Positions 52,701 to 64,000 of a DNA stretch of 64,000 bases are shown piece after piece. Position 1 is the first letter of the stretch. Every line of letters starts with the position of its first letter. Source of the stretch: Ylistrum balloti (taxonomy: Eukaryota). A model generated the notes under the pieces. It was not told the DNA's origin, made no database searches, and saw nothing but the letters and a program-made list of their open reading frames with translations. Both the position numbers and the translations under genes were made by a program. The DNA lies in contig NW_026781894.1 in the NCBI RefSeq assembly GCF_031769215.1, forward strand, positions 186,001 to 250,000, written 5' to 3'.

Positions 52701-55700
52701 ATCAGTCTAGCTCAAGCCACTCACGATTCATTGGAAGTCTGTCAGCCCAATCTCCGAGTATCTCACCCATGAGGAGCTTCTCTGGACGAGTCAGCTCCCC
52801 CGGTATCATTCCTGGACGTTCACAGAGCCTCAGCCCAGCTGTTGGCAGTATGGCTGCTGTTAGGTATACCTGCTTCTTAGTATGTTCTTATCCAGTCTAA
52901 TGTCAGAAGTATTTTTATGGGCATGCAATACTATCTTTGCCCATGCTTTTGTAGTATTGCAATCAAAACATTTACCATCAATTTCTGGTGATAATTTGGC
53001 TGTCAAAGTTAATGGTCAAAAATCTTATCTTGTTCACTTTGAACAAAAAACCTAGTTTACAAGATAACTCACGAAGCTCTCAACACATTGGGTTCACTTA
53101 CATAACATTACACCATTAAGTTCTATTCTTGATTAACTTTTGTTGCTCAATGATCATGATTTGAGGTCAAAGTTCTAACTTGAAATATGAACTCTTTGTT
53201 CATATTCACACCCTAGTATAACACAATCAGTGTCTTCTGAGTGATCATCTGTAAATGTTTAAGGGTCAGAGATCATCCTTTACTACTTTTGAAATATAAG
53301 ATATATGATGAACCTCTCATAGATTGTGACCTAAAAAAGTGACAAGGGAGTGTTAAGTTTATCTATTTGAGCCCCTTCTCACTGTTATATAGTTATCAAA
53401 TTTAAATCGATTATGGACCAGGAAGTACAGCTGAGTCCTGTAAATTAATTAGCATATACATCTGATTGAGTAGAGGGTGTTGCATATAGATTTTTTACTT
53501 TTGATTTTTGGCCCAGTCTATATTCTAAAGTTCTGGATTAAGGAATCTATGTCATATATTTCTAGTTCCAAAACATTGACCCATTGAATATATAGGATTT
53601 TGATTTTTTTTATATTTGTTTTGATTTTCAAATATAATCAGTTTTATATAGATACCTCTGACATCACTTCATACCAACATATTACATATTTCCTTAACCT
53701 AAGAGTTGATTTCTTGTTGTAGCCGATCCCAGTCCCCAGCAATGGGGCTCAATTCTATGCATCGCTTGTTGTCACCCTCACCCAGTGTGGCCCGTAGCCC
53801 TGGAAACTACTTTCGGACCCCACCAGTGGGTTCTCACAATGTTTCGCTCATCAATGAGAGTTACACAGATTGGGTAGAGCCCCTCAAGCCTGAGGTGTGC
53901 TTTGAGCACCTGTGGACAGAGCCAGCACCCGCTATCAGGTAAATATTAAGTTATGCTTAGAAAACCTGTAGACAGAGCCCAGGTTAGGTGAAAATTCAGG
54001 TAAATGGTTAGGTGGACTTTGAGCACCTGTGGACAGAGACAGCACCTGCTATCAGATAAATGTTTTGCTATGCTAAGAAAACCTCTAGACAGAGCCCACT
54101 TTAGGTGAAAATTCAGGTAAATGTTTAAGTATGCTTTGAACACATGTGAACAGAGCCTACATCTACCATCAGGTAAATATTCAGATATGATTTGAACACT
54201 GTAGACAGTTCATATGTGGTGTCAGGTATAAATTTAGTAAAATATTTAAGTGTGCTTTGATGCACATGTAGACAGAGCCCCCAGCTGCCATCATGTAACT
54301 GTCAGGTGTGCATTAAGCACCTGTAGACACCTTAGGTACACATGTTTTAAGTAGTCAGAACCTACATCTAAAATCAGGTTGATATAGATTGTCTACCTTT
54401 TAATAACAGATTGATGCTATTTATTTCACTATATCTATTCAGACAAATTTAATTATGATGGATGTGTGTGGCATAGACATTGAAAAAAGCAATGTTTTAT
54501 TAATATTATAGAGATGGATCATTGGGGAAGTCGTCCAAAGCATTCCTGACTCGTGATCTGTGTGGACAGCAATACCTGTGTTATGTGATATCTTATAGAC
54601 AACAGCTACGGTAGGTATTTGTTAAAGTATTATCCCAATTGGATGTTCTTGTGGAATACCATACTGAATTTTTAGACCTTGTGTTGATTTGCACTTAATA
54701 ATTAGTCTGGACATTTTTCTGTGCATGAACAATTTCCAATAGACTATTCTCATGGAAACCATATCTTCATGGTGAATGCAAAGTTGAATCAACTAAATAA
54801 TTGTTAAAAATTTCCAGATGTGTGAAATTTGAAGAGAGTAATGACCTAAGTCAGCTGATTTTTGGAACAGTGGCAGTTATACCAGCCAAAGATGCCGTCC
54901 CAATTGAGGTAAGAGTTAGTTACAAGGTAAAGTGTATACAGATATAAAGTTGTCTGAGGTTTGGAAAAGTTGTAGTCATACCTGTCAAAAATACCATCCC
55001 TATGGTGGTAAAAAGTAGTCAGTTGCAGGTTATACTGAAATGGGTTACAATAAAACTTACATCAATATAGTATTACAGTAAAATAACCATGAAGATGAGA
55101 ACTTTACTACGTCTATTGTATTTTCACCTTTTAAAATTTTTTTTGCCAGTGATATCTAGTTAAGTGCTGATTGTAGTCTATATATCTTCCTTCATCTACA
55201 CACTACACAGAAGACTCTTTAAGAATTACCTTTTATACTTGACAAAAACTATATAAATGTGAGGAATTGTTCCACTTGGTCATGTCCAAACTATGTCAAA
55301 GCTGGGGACCTGTTGATATGTAGGTATGTTTGTGTTGAGATAAAGCTATGTAAAATGTTTTTGTTACAGAGCCTTGATCTACTTGTACTACTGGACCCTA
55401 CTGGTGGTTTGTGGGTGTACAGTGGAACTACAAAGGTCAGTCAATTGTAATCTTAGTAGTACTGTATGTTACCTGTGATAAGCAAAGTTCCTTTATCTCA
55501 TCTCACCTCAAGGTTTGACATACGTGACTGATGAATGATATAAAAATAATCTATTTTCAGAATTGAATGTGATTTGAATCACAGAATGATGTAAGAACAT
55601 TAGATTGAAAATGTTACTTTTGTTGTAAATTTTAAACAAGTTTTCACATTACAGATCAAATGTCATCGGCAATAATGATAGGTCAGTTTGTATTTTTATT

Positions 55701-58700
55701 ATACGGTGAATATTTCGTTGATAAGATTGTCCTTTCAGTGTAAAAGATAAAAGTATAAGGCTTGTCCTAACTTTCTATTGACATAGATTAATCGTCTTCA
55801 TGTACCAACTCTGCCTCTGGGATCAGGCTCGCTGAGTATGCTGCGGACGACCACACCCATTAACAGTCCCAGTAGAGGTGGCTACTTCACTTCATCTCGA
55901 CCTCCGAGTGCCATGGAGGCTGGTTTTGATGAGGAGGTAAATGCACTTTTCTATCTTCATATTTTTCATATTAGCAATTCTTTTTCTTGTTCTAGACCAA
56001 TAGAAATTACATTTATTACAATCCTATCTTTGTATTCTATGATATCTTATTAATTCTGTTGATTGCTTTTGTAGACTTAATGGATAACACTTTTATTTAA
56101 GAGTAGGAAATTCACTACTTTCTATCGTAAGACAAGATTTCTTTTGTCATAGATGACACTTTCACTGCTTATCTGTTGACTTGACATGAAGAACTGTCCT
56201 CAGTTCTGCGTTCCAGATGGCATTGTTATCCCCATACCACCAAAGCTTTAGGACATGTATCACAGTTTCTCAGTTCTACTTTCTGTTTACATATAGATGA
56301 CACAGGTGTCCTCTGTGCCAACATAGTTGAGGGACATGTATTATAATCCTCAGTTCTACTTTCTGTTTACATATAGATGACACAGATGTCACCTGTCCCA
56401 ACAGAGTTAGAGGACTCCTCACAGTTTGATGAGTTTCCTGTGCAGAGTAGTTTTATACAGGGCATCAAAGACAATGTTGGTGCACGCTTCACAATTGTGA
56501 GTTGTTTTGAATATATAAAATTACATGATTTAGAGTACTTACTCCAGAATTATTTTTTTATGAAAACATGATAATACATTGAAAAAGAAAGAGAACAAAC
56601 ATTTGTAGGATAAGTATATCCTACAACTGCTTGCTTTTTCACTTTATTTTTTATTAAATTAATATCATTGCACATTCTAGACTTATAAGATGAAACTTTG
56701 GAAAGCATTTTGCATATTTCTATCAATACGGAAATTTAAAATTAGTAAACAAGTATTTATCATGGGACCTGTTGTTGGGTTATTTTTTTTTAATTTACAT
56801 GGTTTACCTGACTTTATCGTATTTAGTTATTATTTTTTTCATCCTATAGGAACTGATGAACAATCACCTGTGTAGGACCACCATGCCTGCTATCACATCT
56901 TCACCAGGAAGTAAGTTGTCATCTTGGTCCAATACTGTTAAATTTAATTATTTATATATCAAAACATTAGTGATACCTCTACAGGATAACATTACCCACT
57001 ATCACATCGTTTAGTGAAGAACTTTATATACTACATAATCATTTTTGATTTTTGTGTTTCTCTTGTCACAGTTGAGATGTGTCTACAGGCCTTGAAACAC
57101 ATGCTGCCAAAAGACCTGGCCATTTCCATATTGGGGAAATGGTACACAATGAGAAATACTCCTGGAGGACTCGGCAACCAATCAGAATGGAGCTTATTTT
57201 CTAAGTGTTTACTGAGCATGATGGGATATGATACCACTCGTCTTGCTCTCACTAATCAGGTATGCTGAAAATTATCAAATAAATAACAACATAAAATTTG
57301 TGAATATTCATTGTTGATTAGCACATTGATGTAGATGCCTGGTTCAAAGATTTCTAATCTTTTGCGTGTATATAATTAATACAATACCTTAAATTCTGAC
57401 ATCTAAAAATTTGAAATTATCTCATTAGTGAATAAGGGCCTCATTTCCAATTGCATTTGTTTCATGATATTGCCAAATTCCTTGGATTCATAATTTACTA
57501 CTGAACATTTCTTCAACCAAAGTGATCAATTTTCTTCCGAAAATGAGGTAAAATGCCATTCTCAAATGAGTGGAGAAAAGCCCAGACTTTTGTGCAAAAC
57601 AATTTCATGTTTTCCCTTGTCCTAAAGAACAGTTAGACGAAATGAAATAAGTTTAGTTACAGTCCGTCTTCAATATGTTATTAATTTACTAGTTTTGAGA
57701 ATGTATCAGACTTCACTGATGCCGAAGTAATGCTATATTTGCTCAGGATTGAGTTTGTCTCAGAAAAACACATAGAACCTGTTTGGAAAAAGAAACCTCA
57801 ATATGTTGAATTATGCTGTGTTATTAAGGAATGTTTGAGCCCTGCAATTTAGATAAAATGAATTGTATTGAAGTATTATTTGGTAGAATGCAAATTCAAG
57901 TGCTGTAGGCTGTACACTTTACTAGGCCTCAACATCTATTGTAGCATGAGTTGGACACATCTATGTCTCCTGTTGTGGCAGTTAAGCGACCAAAACAGTC
58001 CGATCAAGGCTCAGATGATGTAAGCTAGACTGTTGAGTCAAATTTTACCTCATTGCCCATGAATTATTGAACCATTTTTTAGTGTGTCAAGAATAGTATA
58101 TTTATTTATTTTGGAAATAATTGTTTTCTACTTTGCATTAAAAAAGTCTTGAATAGCAAATCTATGAATTTACTGTTGTCATGAAAACATAGTGAGATAA
58201 TTTGTCTAAAATTTGTATATCAATTACATTCATTTAAATCAAAATTTCATTACGTTACATTTTTCATTAACTTTGTCGTATAAAACACATTGTTGATCTA
58301 GATTTCTTTTATGTTTTTGAACTGTTAATAAATCTACCTGACTGTCATGTTTTTGACCTACCTTTTTTGAAATCTGATTTTTTGACAGGACTGGGAAGGT
58401 CTGTTGTCCTCAACCCACCACCAGTATACCATCCAGTGTATGGAGCCTGTCTTGGGCCTCACCCACTGTACAGCCATACCCGATGCGTCCTCCTACTCAA
58501 AGCCCTGTGCCATAAATACTAATGCTACTCTGTTTCCTCACATTCCAGCAGTGATGATGGGACTACATCTTGTCTACGAGGTCTCTATTATAACCTGTGC
58601 TATGGCTCCATTACTTTTGCACAGTTACATTTCTGCGCATGAATAATTATTTTCAAGTTATACATGTCATGACTCAGTGATGAAATTCATGTAACAGTGA

Positions 58701-61700
58701 TTTACATTAAGCATTTATCAGAATTTGGTTGTGAATGGATATAAGAAGTTTTGACTTATGATTTGTGTAAAAAAAAAAAATCAGTACTTTTTTCCTGAAT
58801 CTGCTGTTTTAAGAATCTAAGTTCCTAAGTTGTGGAGGGAAGGATGGTGTTTGTCTTTACATCTCTACAAAGTAAAGATGGCAGATTTTTTAAGGTATCG
58901 CATTAACCCCTCAAAAATTCTAAGATTAGACCAGTAACATTCCTGGTAAAATTTTAATGGTCGAGGTCAAAGATAACACTTTGAAATAAAATGCTCTTGA
59001 ACAACATATCTTTGTGTTCCTTCAGTAGATTTGGTTTAAGATTAATTGATGGTAGGGTTACAATAACACATATGCCTGAAATTAGGTTTTGGTGATCGTT
59101 GATGAAGGTTCACATCGGGATGTATGTATTTTTTTTTTTTTTTTTAATTTAATGTATGTATTTAACAGGAGATGAAGCTCAACACACTTCTAACAGAGGA
59201 CGTGGAGAAACTTGTGCCAATTCTATACCAGATAGCAAGGTAAGTCTATTCTCAGGTTACAGTATTAGCACTATTAAGGAGAATGCTGTGCTGTGAATAT
59301 TCAATAATTTGTAGTGTTCGTTAATCAGTCCCATGAATGTGAATTTGATAGAATGATACAGTAGTTGTTTCATGTTTCAGTGACTTGAAGTGTTCCAACT
59401 ACACAGACTATTACTGTAGAGACTTCCAGCAACTTTTTGATGCTGTAGATGATGTGAGCCAGATTACTGAAGGTACTCTAATATGTTCTGTGTTTTTGTT
59501 GAGAATATAGAAAAAGTAATGACCGCGAGGCAAATGATATTTGTACAATTAAGGTAACATTTACTAAAAGATTAAAATCTTCCTCTCTCTCCCAGAAAAA
59601 AATGTTATATAAATATATATGTGTATTATATAAAACATATTTTAGGTCACCCTTACATAAAATGTGATCAAATGTAGTAATTCTAATTTAGCTTTAAATA
59701 GAAAATTTCAATGTTTGAGATGTGACCCCCTTAAAGAAACATATTTTAGACAGATTTATGATAACGAGAGGAGAAATCAAGTTTTGTTTATTAATTGCTT
59801 TGTGTTTCTTATTCCTTTGGGATAGTAATATCGTTTTTCAGTGACTTGGATGTAATATAATTTCCCTTTGTTTACAGATCACCTCCACAAGATGGTTTAC
59901 CCAGGGGTGTTTACTCAGTTTGTTCCTTCAGTGTTACAGTGGCTCCAGTCTAACTTGAGGGGAGATGATCCCGGCTCACTCCCTTACATACCTGGTGTCT
60001 GTAACAACATCAAAAATGTTATATCAGTAAGGAAGAATGCTAATCATTATTAAATAGTAGAGAACATGAGAATGGCTCTTCATTTGTTATGTAATTCAGC
60101 TTTAAAAAAAACATCTGCATGATCTTATTTTATGCCATCACTATTGAAGTTAATACCAATTAACAGATTTTTGAAAAAGTTGATTACCACAGAAAGAAAG
60201 CAGAATTCTTAATATTCATTATGAGGTGCCACAATATTGCATAACAAACCTACTTTGTTATTCTCTACAGCTTTATGCTCTGCTCTTGAAGAGAGACCTG
60301 GCCACAGAGCAGGCCATTGACAAATGTCTACGAAGAGTCGCTCCAGCGGGTAAATTTGTCTTACAATTTTCTACGAAATAGAGACTTATTGAAAGAGATT
60401 GGCAGTATTATTTTGTTTTTATGTCCCCGCCATTTATGGTCCCGTCCCGTCGCATCGCGTCCCAAATCAGTATATACCACCTAACAACTTCATTCGGACC
60501 TTTCACTATTATTTCACATGGGGGGCGGGGGCATTCATGTCTTACAGACATTTTCTAGTTTTTTTTATTTTTTTATTTTAAGAAATATGACTTTAGCAAT
60601 AATATTAAACTTTTTTATATTTCGACTGATTCTCAACAAATGCTCTATATGGTCATGCTTCATTCTTTAACTTCATAACACCATTCTACTCTCTCTGATG
60701 TAGGTCACCGAGCACCAACCTGTGATTTATCCATGTCTAGGAGTTTCTCGAGGAGCTTCTCTATATGTGTACCGAGTGCTAGTGTTCCAGAAAGGATAGT
60801 CCTATATATGACAGAAATTGGTAAGTTATAATCTCTGGCATCACTTGTGTTAATGAGAATAGACAAATATAATTTGACTGATAATATTTGGTACTATAAA
60901 TGATATTTAACAGCTTTAATATTTACAGTACTTATTTTATGAGGATAACAATTTGGGATTAAACATAATGTGGTTTATGGATATATATTACATTAGTGGA
61001 TCAGTATGACAGTGTTATGATATGGGTTTGAATTTGCCATTGTGATCCTGCAATCAGCGGAGGGGGGCAACACTCACTGTGACTGAAAGTAGGGATTAGC
61101 TTTTTACAGGACAAAGAAATAGTATTTCTTCAAAATATTAAGATATTGATAGGTGATCAGTCTTGGGCTTTTAAGATAGTCGGAAAAGTTAGAAATATTT
61201 ATAAACAGTGTATCAGTGTAAACAGTGGCATATTCAGATTAAGTGTTTTTATTCTGAAGCAATGAGGATATCTTCTGAATGAAATAACAGTTTAAACATC
61301 TTTGCTACACAGGCATGACTTACCAGGATCTAGAATACTTGCCTGTAGGGGTGTCACTTCCTTTGCGGGAAGCAATCTTTCACTGCAGATGTAACGCTCC
61401 TTCTGATTGGACAGAACAAGCATATACATTGATAGGTAGGTAAATACTTCATTCAGTATGAACAATGTGAATATTTTTTATTTGAGCAGAGATCAATGTA
61501 TTACCTACTTTCTCGAAAACAACACCAGTACTATGGTTGTAACTCTACAACATCTCCTATAATACTGAGCAAGTGAAATTTAGTTAACATTTCAAAATGA
61601 ATTAAAGAATTTCTCAATTTTGGCCTAATGAAAGATTCTTAAAAACTGTGTTTTGTTTTATTAGTATAAATTCGGAAGAAGTTAACAAAAAAAATTTACA

Positions 61701-63780
61701 AGGAGAACACCACACTTATGTACTTGTGTTTGTAGGGCGACAAGACCTCTCCCAGCTACTTGGAATGGAAAACAAGAAACCTCAGGCTCCCCCAGGGATC
61801 TACACCAAACAGCCGCATCCACAATCCAAGCGTTCCAAAGACGAGGAGGACGGTATGGAACATATGGATGAGGAGGTAATCACTTAAGAGGGTATAAAGC
61901 TATTCACAGTTTTCATTTCATGTCGAGGGCACATGGCATTTATCCTGTATATCAATTTTCCTATCAATCAGCCTATTTGATCTATGTGTGCAACAGTTTG
62001 TCTGATAAGCCCAACAGTTGAATAAGGTTCATGTTAAACACTTGAAGCATACACAAGGTGAATATTCTAAGCTGTAATACATGTGTAAAAAACAATGTTC
62101 CTTTATTAAATGTTTATGTTTGCAACAGTTGCTGAGACTTCGGTTCAGTGATGATCTACGAGTTCAGGAGGTGCGTAGGTTATTACAGTCATCACGTCCA
62201 GCACGAATAGCCCTTGTGCAGCGTCCTGAGGTCAGGTAGGTACTCTGCACAAAAACAAAAAGCTTTTAAAAACGCAAAATTTTTATTGGGAGTAAAATTA
62301 GTGATATGTTTATATAATATTTTCATCATGGTACATGTTAAAATTGAAGGCAATTTATGGCAGTCTTTCATATTTTTCTGAGGTTTTGTGGATGATATCT
62401 GCTTGATGATCCTCTGTTTATCTCTATCCAATTTATGTGTGAGCAATTTCTTTCATATATAAACTTTCTGACCATTTGTCTTGTGATACATTTCTTTTTT
62501 TCAATCACATCGTTGCTATCCATTTAATGTGTGAGCATTTCTTATAAATTTTCCTCTGCAGCGATCATGACTTTATCGAAGAACAAGAAAAACATTTGTA
62601 TTCCATATGTATACGGACCATGGCCCTCCCTGTTGGCAGGTATGTACACAGAATTTACACATTAGCATGTGTGATTTACAATTTACATTATGTTGTTGTG
62701 ACAAGTATTCAAGTGAAAGTATGCATAGATAAAGCATACAGCAATCAGTTTAAAATTTCAATAAATACAAATTCAAAAATGATATTCAATATATAAGCCA
62801 CATGTTGTTTTTTCAGAGGGATGTTCACCCTGTCAACATACCATCCGCTGCCCACAGAGGCTATTCCAATTCCAAAACTATGTCTGACAGGCAAGGCACC
62901 TCCCAGGTAAGTTATAGCCAATAATATACCAGAAGATAATTTTCAGGAAAGTTTTAGTCAGAACTTAAAAGGAATGGTGGAACATCTCCAACAAGGTATA
63001 GCCCACAGTATACCAGAAGAAAATTCGGGAAATGTTTTGTTTGAATTTACTTGAAGGGTAGAACACCTCCAACAGTATCTCCCTGGTAGGTTGTAGTTGA
63101 CAGTATGCCAGAATGTGCTTAAAGGTTTAAGCCTTAACTCAGTCCAAAGGGTAAGGCACCTTTCGGGTAAGGTATAGCCCAAATTTCTCCTAGAAATACC
63201 TCCTGGTTATAGTACAACTTTTAATTGAAGTTTAAGCCTTAAGTTAACTTGAAGGGTAAGACACATCCAAGATAAGTTGTGTACCAAATTGAACCTGGAG
63301 ATACCTTCCAGAAATGTGAAAAGTTGAAGTTATAGCTTCAAATTAACTTGAAGGGTAAAACATCCCCACCAGATAATATTAAGCCCAAGGTGTAGCCCAA
63401 ATTTTAATCGATGGCAACTCACAGAAAGGTTGCAGACTAAACTTGTTCCATTCACCTGGTTCTGAAATATTAAGGATAGGCATGTTGTTTGACATTAATG
63501 CATAAAAGTTTTTTCTTTATCATTAATTTTTAGAAATGCAACTGTAGACCTGACCCATATAGACACACCAGCCAACATGTCTGCCTGGCCACAATTTCAC
63601 AATGGTGTAGCAGCAGGACTGCGGATAGCAAACTCTTCACAGGTAGACACTACCTGGATCATCTACAATAAACCAAAAAGTAATGAATTCACCAATGAGT
63701 ATGCTGGCTTCCTCATGGCACTTGGTCTGAATGGTCACCTCAACCTGAACACCCTCAACATCCATGATTATCTCAGTAAG
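46728..63780 (+). CDS. ANAPC1: Anaphase-promoting complex subunit 1; 1196 codons in the window, continues beyond it
   Basis: Coding exons: 46728-46892, 47598-47759, 48383-48452, 48845-48939, 49266-49345, 49456-49535, 49784-49929, 52625-52863, 53723-53938, 54512-54610, 54818-54908, 55370-55435, 55787-55936, 56377-56496, 56850-56910, 57072-57259, 57945-58019, 58389-58580, 59169-59239, 59381-59472, 59878-60026, 60271-60349, 60704-60820, 61313-61435, 61736-61875, 62129-62235, 62562-62639, 62817-62906, 63534-63780. Motifs: MIAA..QDFVPFGR, DEELYFSGNTVVWSKG, FSMLHPLDEV, DLRVQEVRRLLQS, RTMALPVGRGMFTL, FHNGVAAGL, EYAGFLMALGLNGHL. Confidence 0.97.
47026..47190. mobile_element. 165-bp MITE, 9-bp TIR, 5-bp TSD CATTC
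   Basis: CAGGGCTCT...AGAGCCCTG flanked by CATTC on both sides; internal ATTGGG motifs repeated four times. Confidence 0.85.
50050..50800. repeat. 21-bp minisatellite in an ANAPC1 intron
   Basis: Unit GTACAGTGATCTTACTCCAAG with variants. An internal block of about 115 bp is duplicated (50051-50165 and 50166-50280). It explains the 7-aa-periodic ORFs. Confidence 0.97.
51132..51545 (+). mobile_element. HINE element, 3'-truncated
   Basis: TTTTTAGCCCACCATCATCAGGTGATGGG hairpin terminus, CCGTTCGTCTGTCTGTAAAC microsatellite, and two internal repeats containing CAAAATG(G/A)CTGACATG..GCCATCTTGGATTT. Confidence 0.75.
53901..54330 (+). repeat. Tandem array derived from an ANAPC1 exon 3' end and donor site
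   Basis: Units of about 58 bp. 54018-54055 matches exon bases 53901-53938 at 36/38. Confidence 0.9.
56135..56417 (+). repeat. Tandem duplication of an ANAPC1 acceptor site and exon start
   Basis: 37 identical nt at 56269-56305 and 56349-56385; an older copy at about 56141-56160. Confidence 0.9.
60416..60558 (+). mobile_element. Minimal HINE (Helentron-like) element, about 140 bp
   Basis: Subterminal inverted repeats ATGTCCCCGCC and GGCGGGGGCAT, 3' hairpin ATGTC-TTACA-GACAT, terminal CTAG, inserted in a T-run. Confidence 0.8.
62890..63400 (+). repeat. Degenerate array (85-105-bp units) derived from an ANAPC1 exon 3' end and donor site
   Basis: 63150-63179 matches the junction 62890-62919 at 25/30; ACTTGAAGGGTA recurs near 63049, 63246 and 63346. 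Confidence 0.8.
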
Positions 63781-64000
63781 GTAGGTCATACAGCGATCCT
63801 GGAAAAATTCATTGTAAGAAGTTTAATACTGTTCTTATGGAAGCTTCAACCTGGGTGTACTTTCTTAAGCTATTATTTTGAGAATTAAAACAAAGAATAA
63901 TGATTGATCTTTAGCTTACTGTAATAGATTGCCACAGAGTTAAGGTAATGCATTTTCTTACCTTGCAAATGCATTTTCTTATCTTGGACCTACACTTAAG

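Noticed and set aside
59833-59850. TTTCAGTGACTTG matching the acceptor at 59380 as a fourth junction duplication
   Set aside because: Only 13 nt, 460 bp from the source and not tandem; could be chance.

Overview
AT-rich, intron-rich eukaryotic DNA. The repeat families suggest a bivalve mollusc, probably an oyster (inference). Five protein-coding genes were reconstructed by hand from GT-AG exons. (1) An ANTP/NKL-class homeobox gene, probably Msxlx-like, on the minus strand; its homeodomain exon lies left of the window. (2) EEF1G, minus strand, 11 exons, 423 aa. (3) Calcineurin B (PPP3R1), plus strand, 6 exons, 170 aa, head-to-head with EEF1G with only 151 bp between the ATGs. (4) ADPGK, minus strand, 5 exons, 483 aa. 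(5) ANAPC1, plus strand, 29 coding exons in the window and running off the right end, head-to-head with ADPGK. Non-coding content includes two paralogous H/ACA snoRNA candidates in EEF1G intron 3, CAGGG-ended MITEs with 6-bp and 5-bp target-site duplications, many Helentron-like (HINE) elements, tRNA-derived SINE heads, decayed Penelope-like RT remnants and several minisatellites. The most unusual pattern is in ANAPC1: three separate intronic tandem arrays are amplified copies of the adjacent exon-intron junction, creating decoy splice sites whose use would introduce premature stops. No prokaryote-type system or CRISPR array is present. Exon coordinates were counted by hand; repeat boundaries are approximate; family assignments rest on recalled sequences, not database searches.
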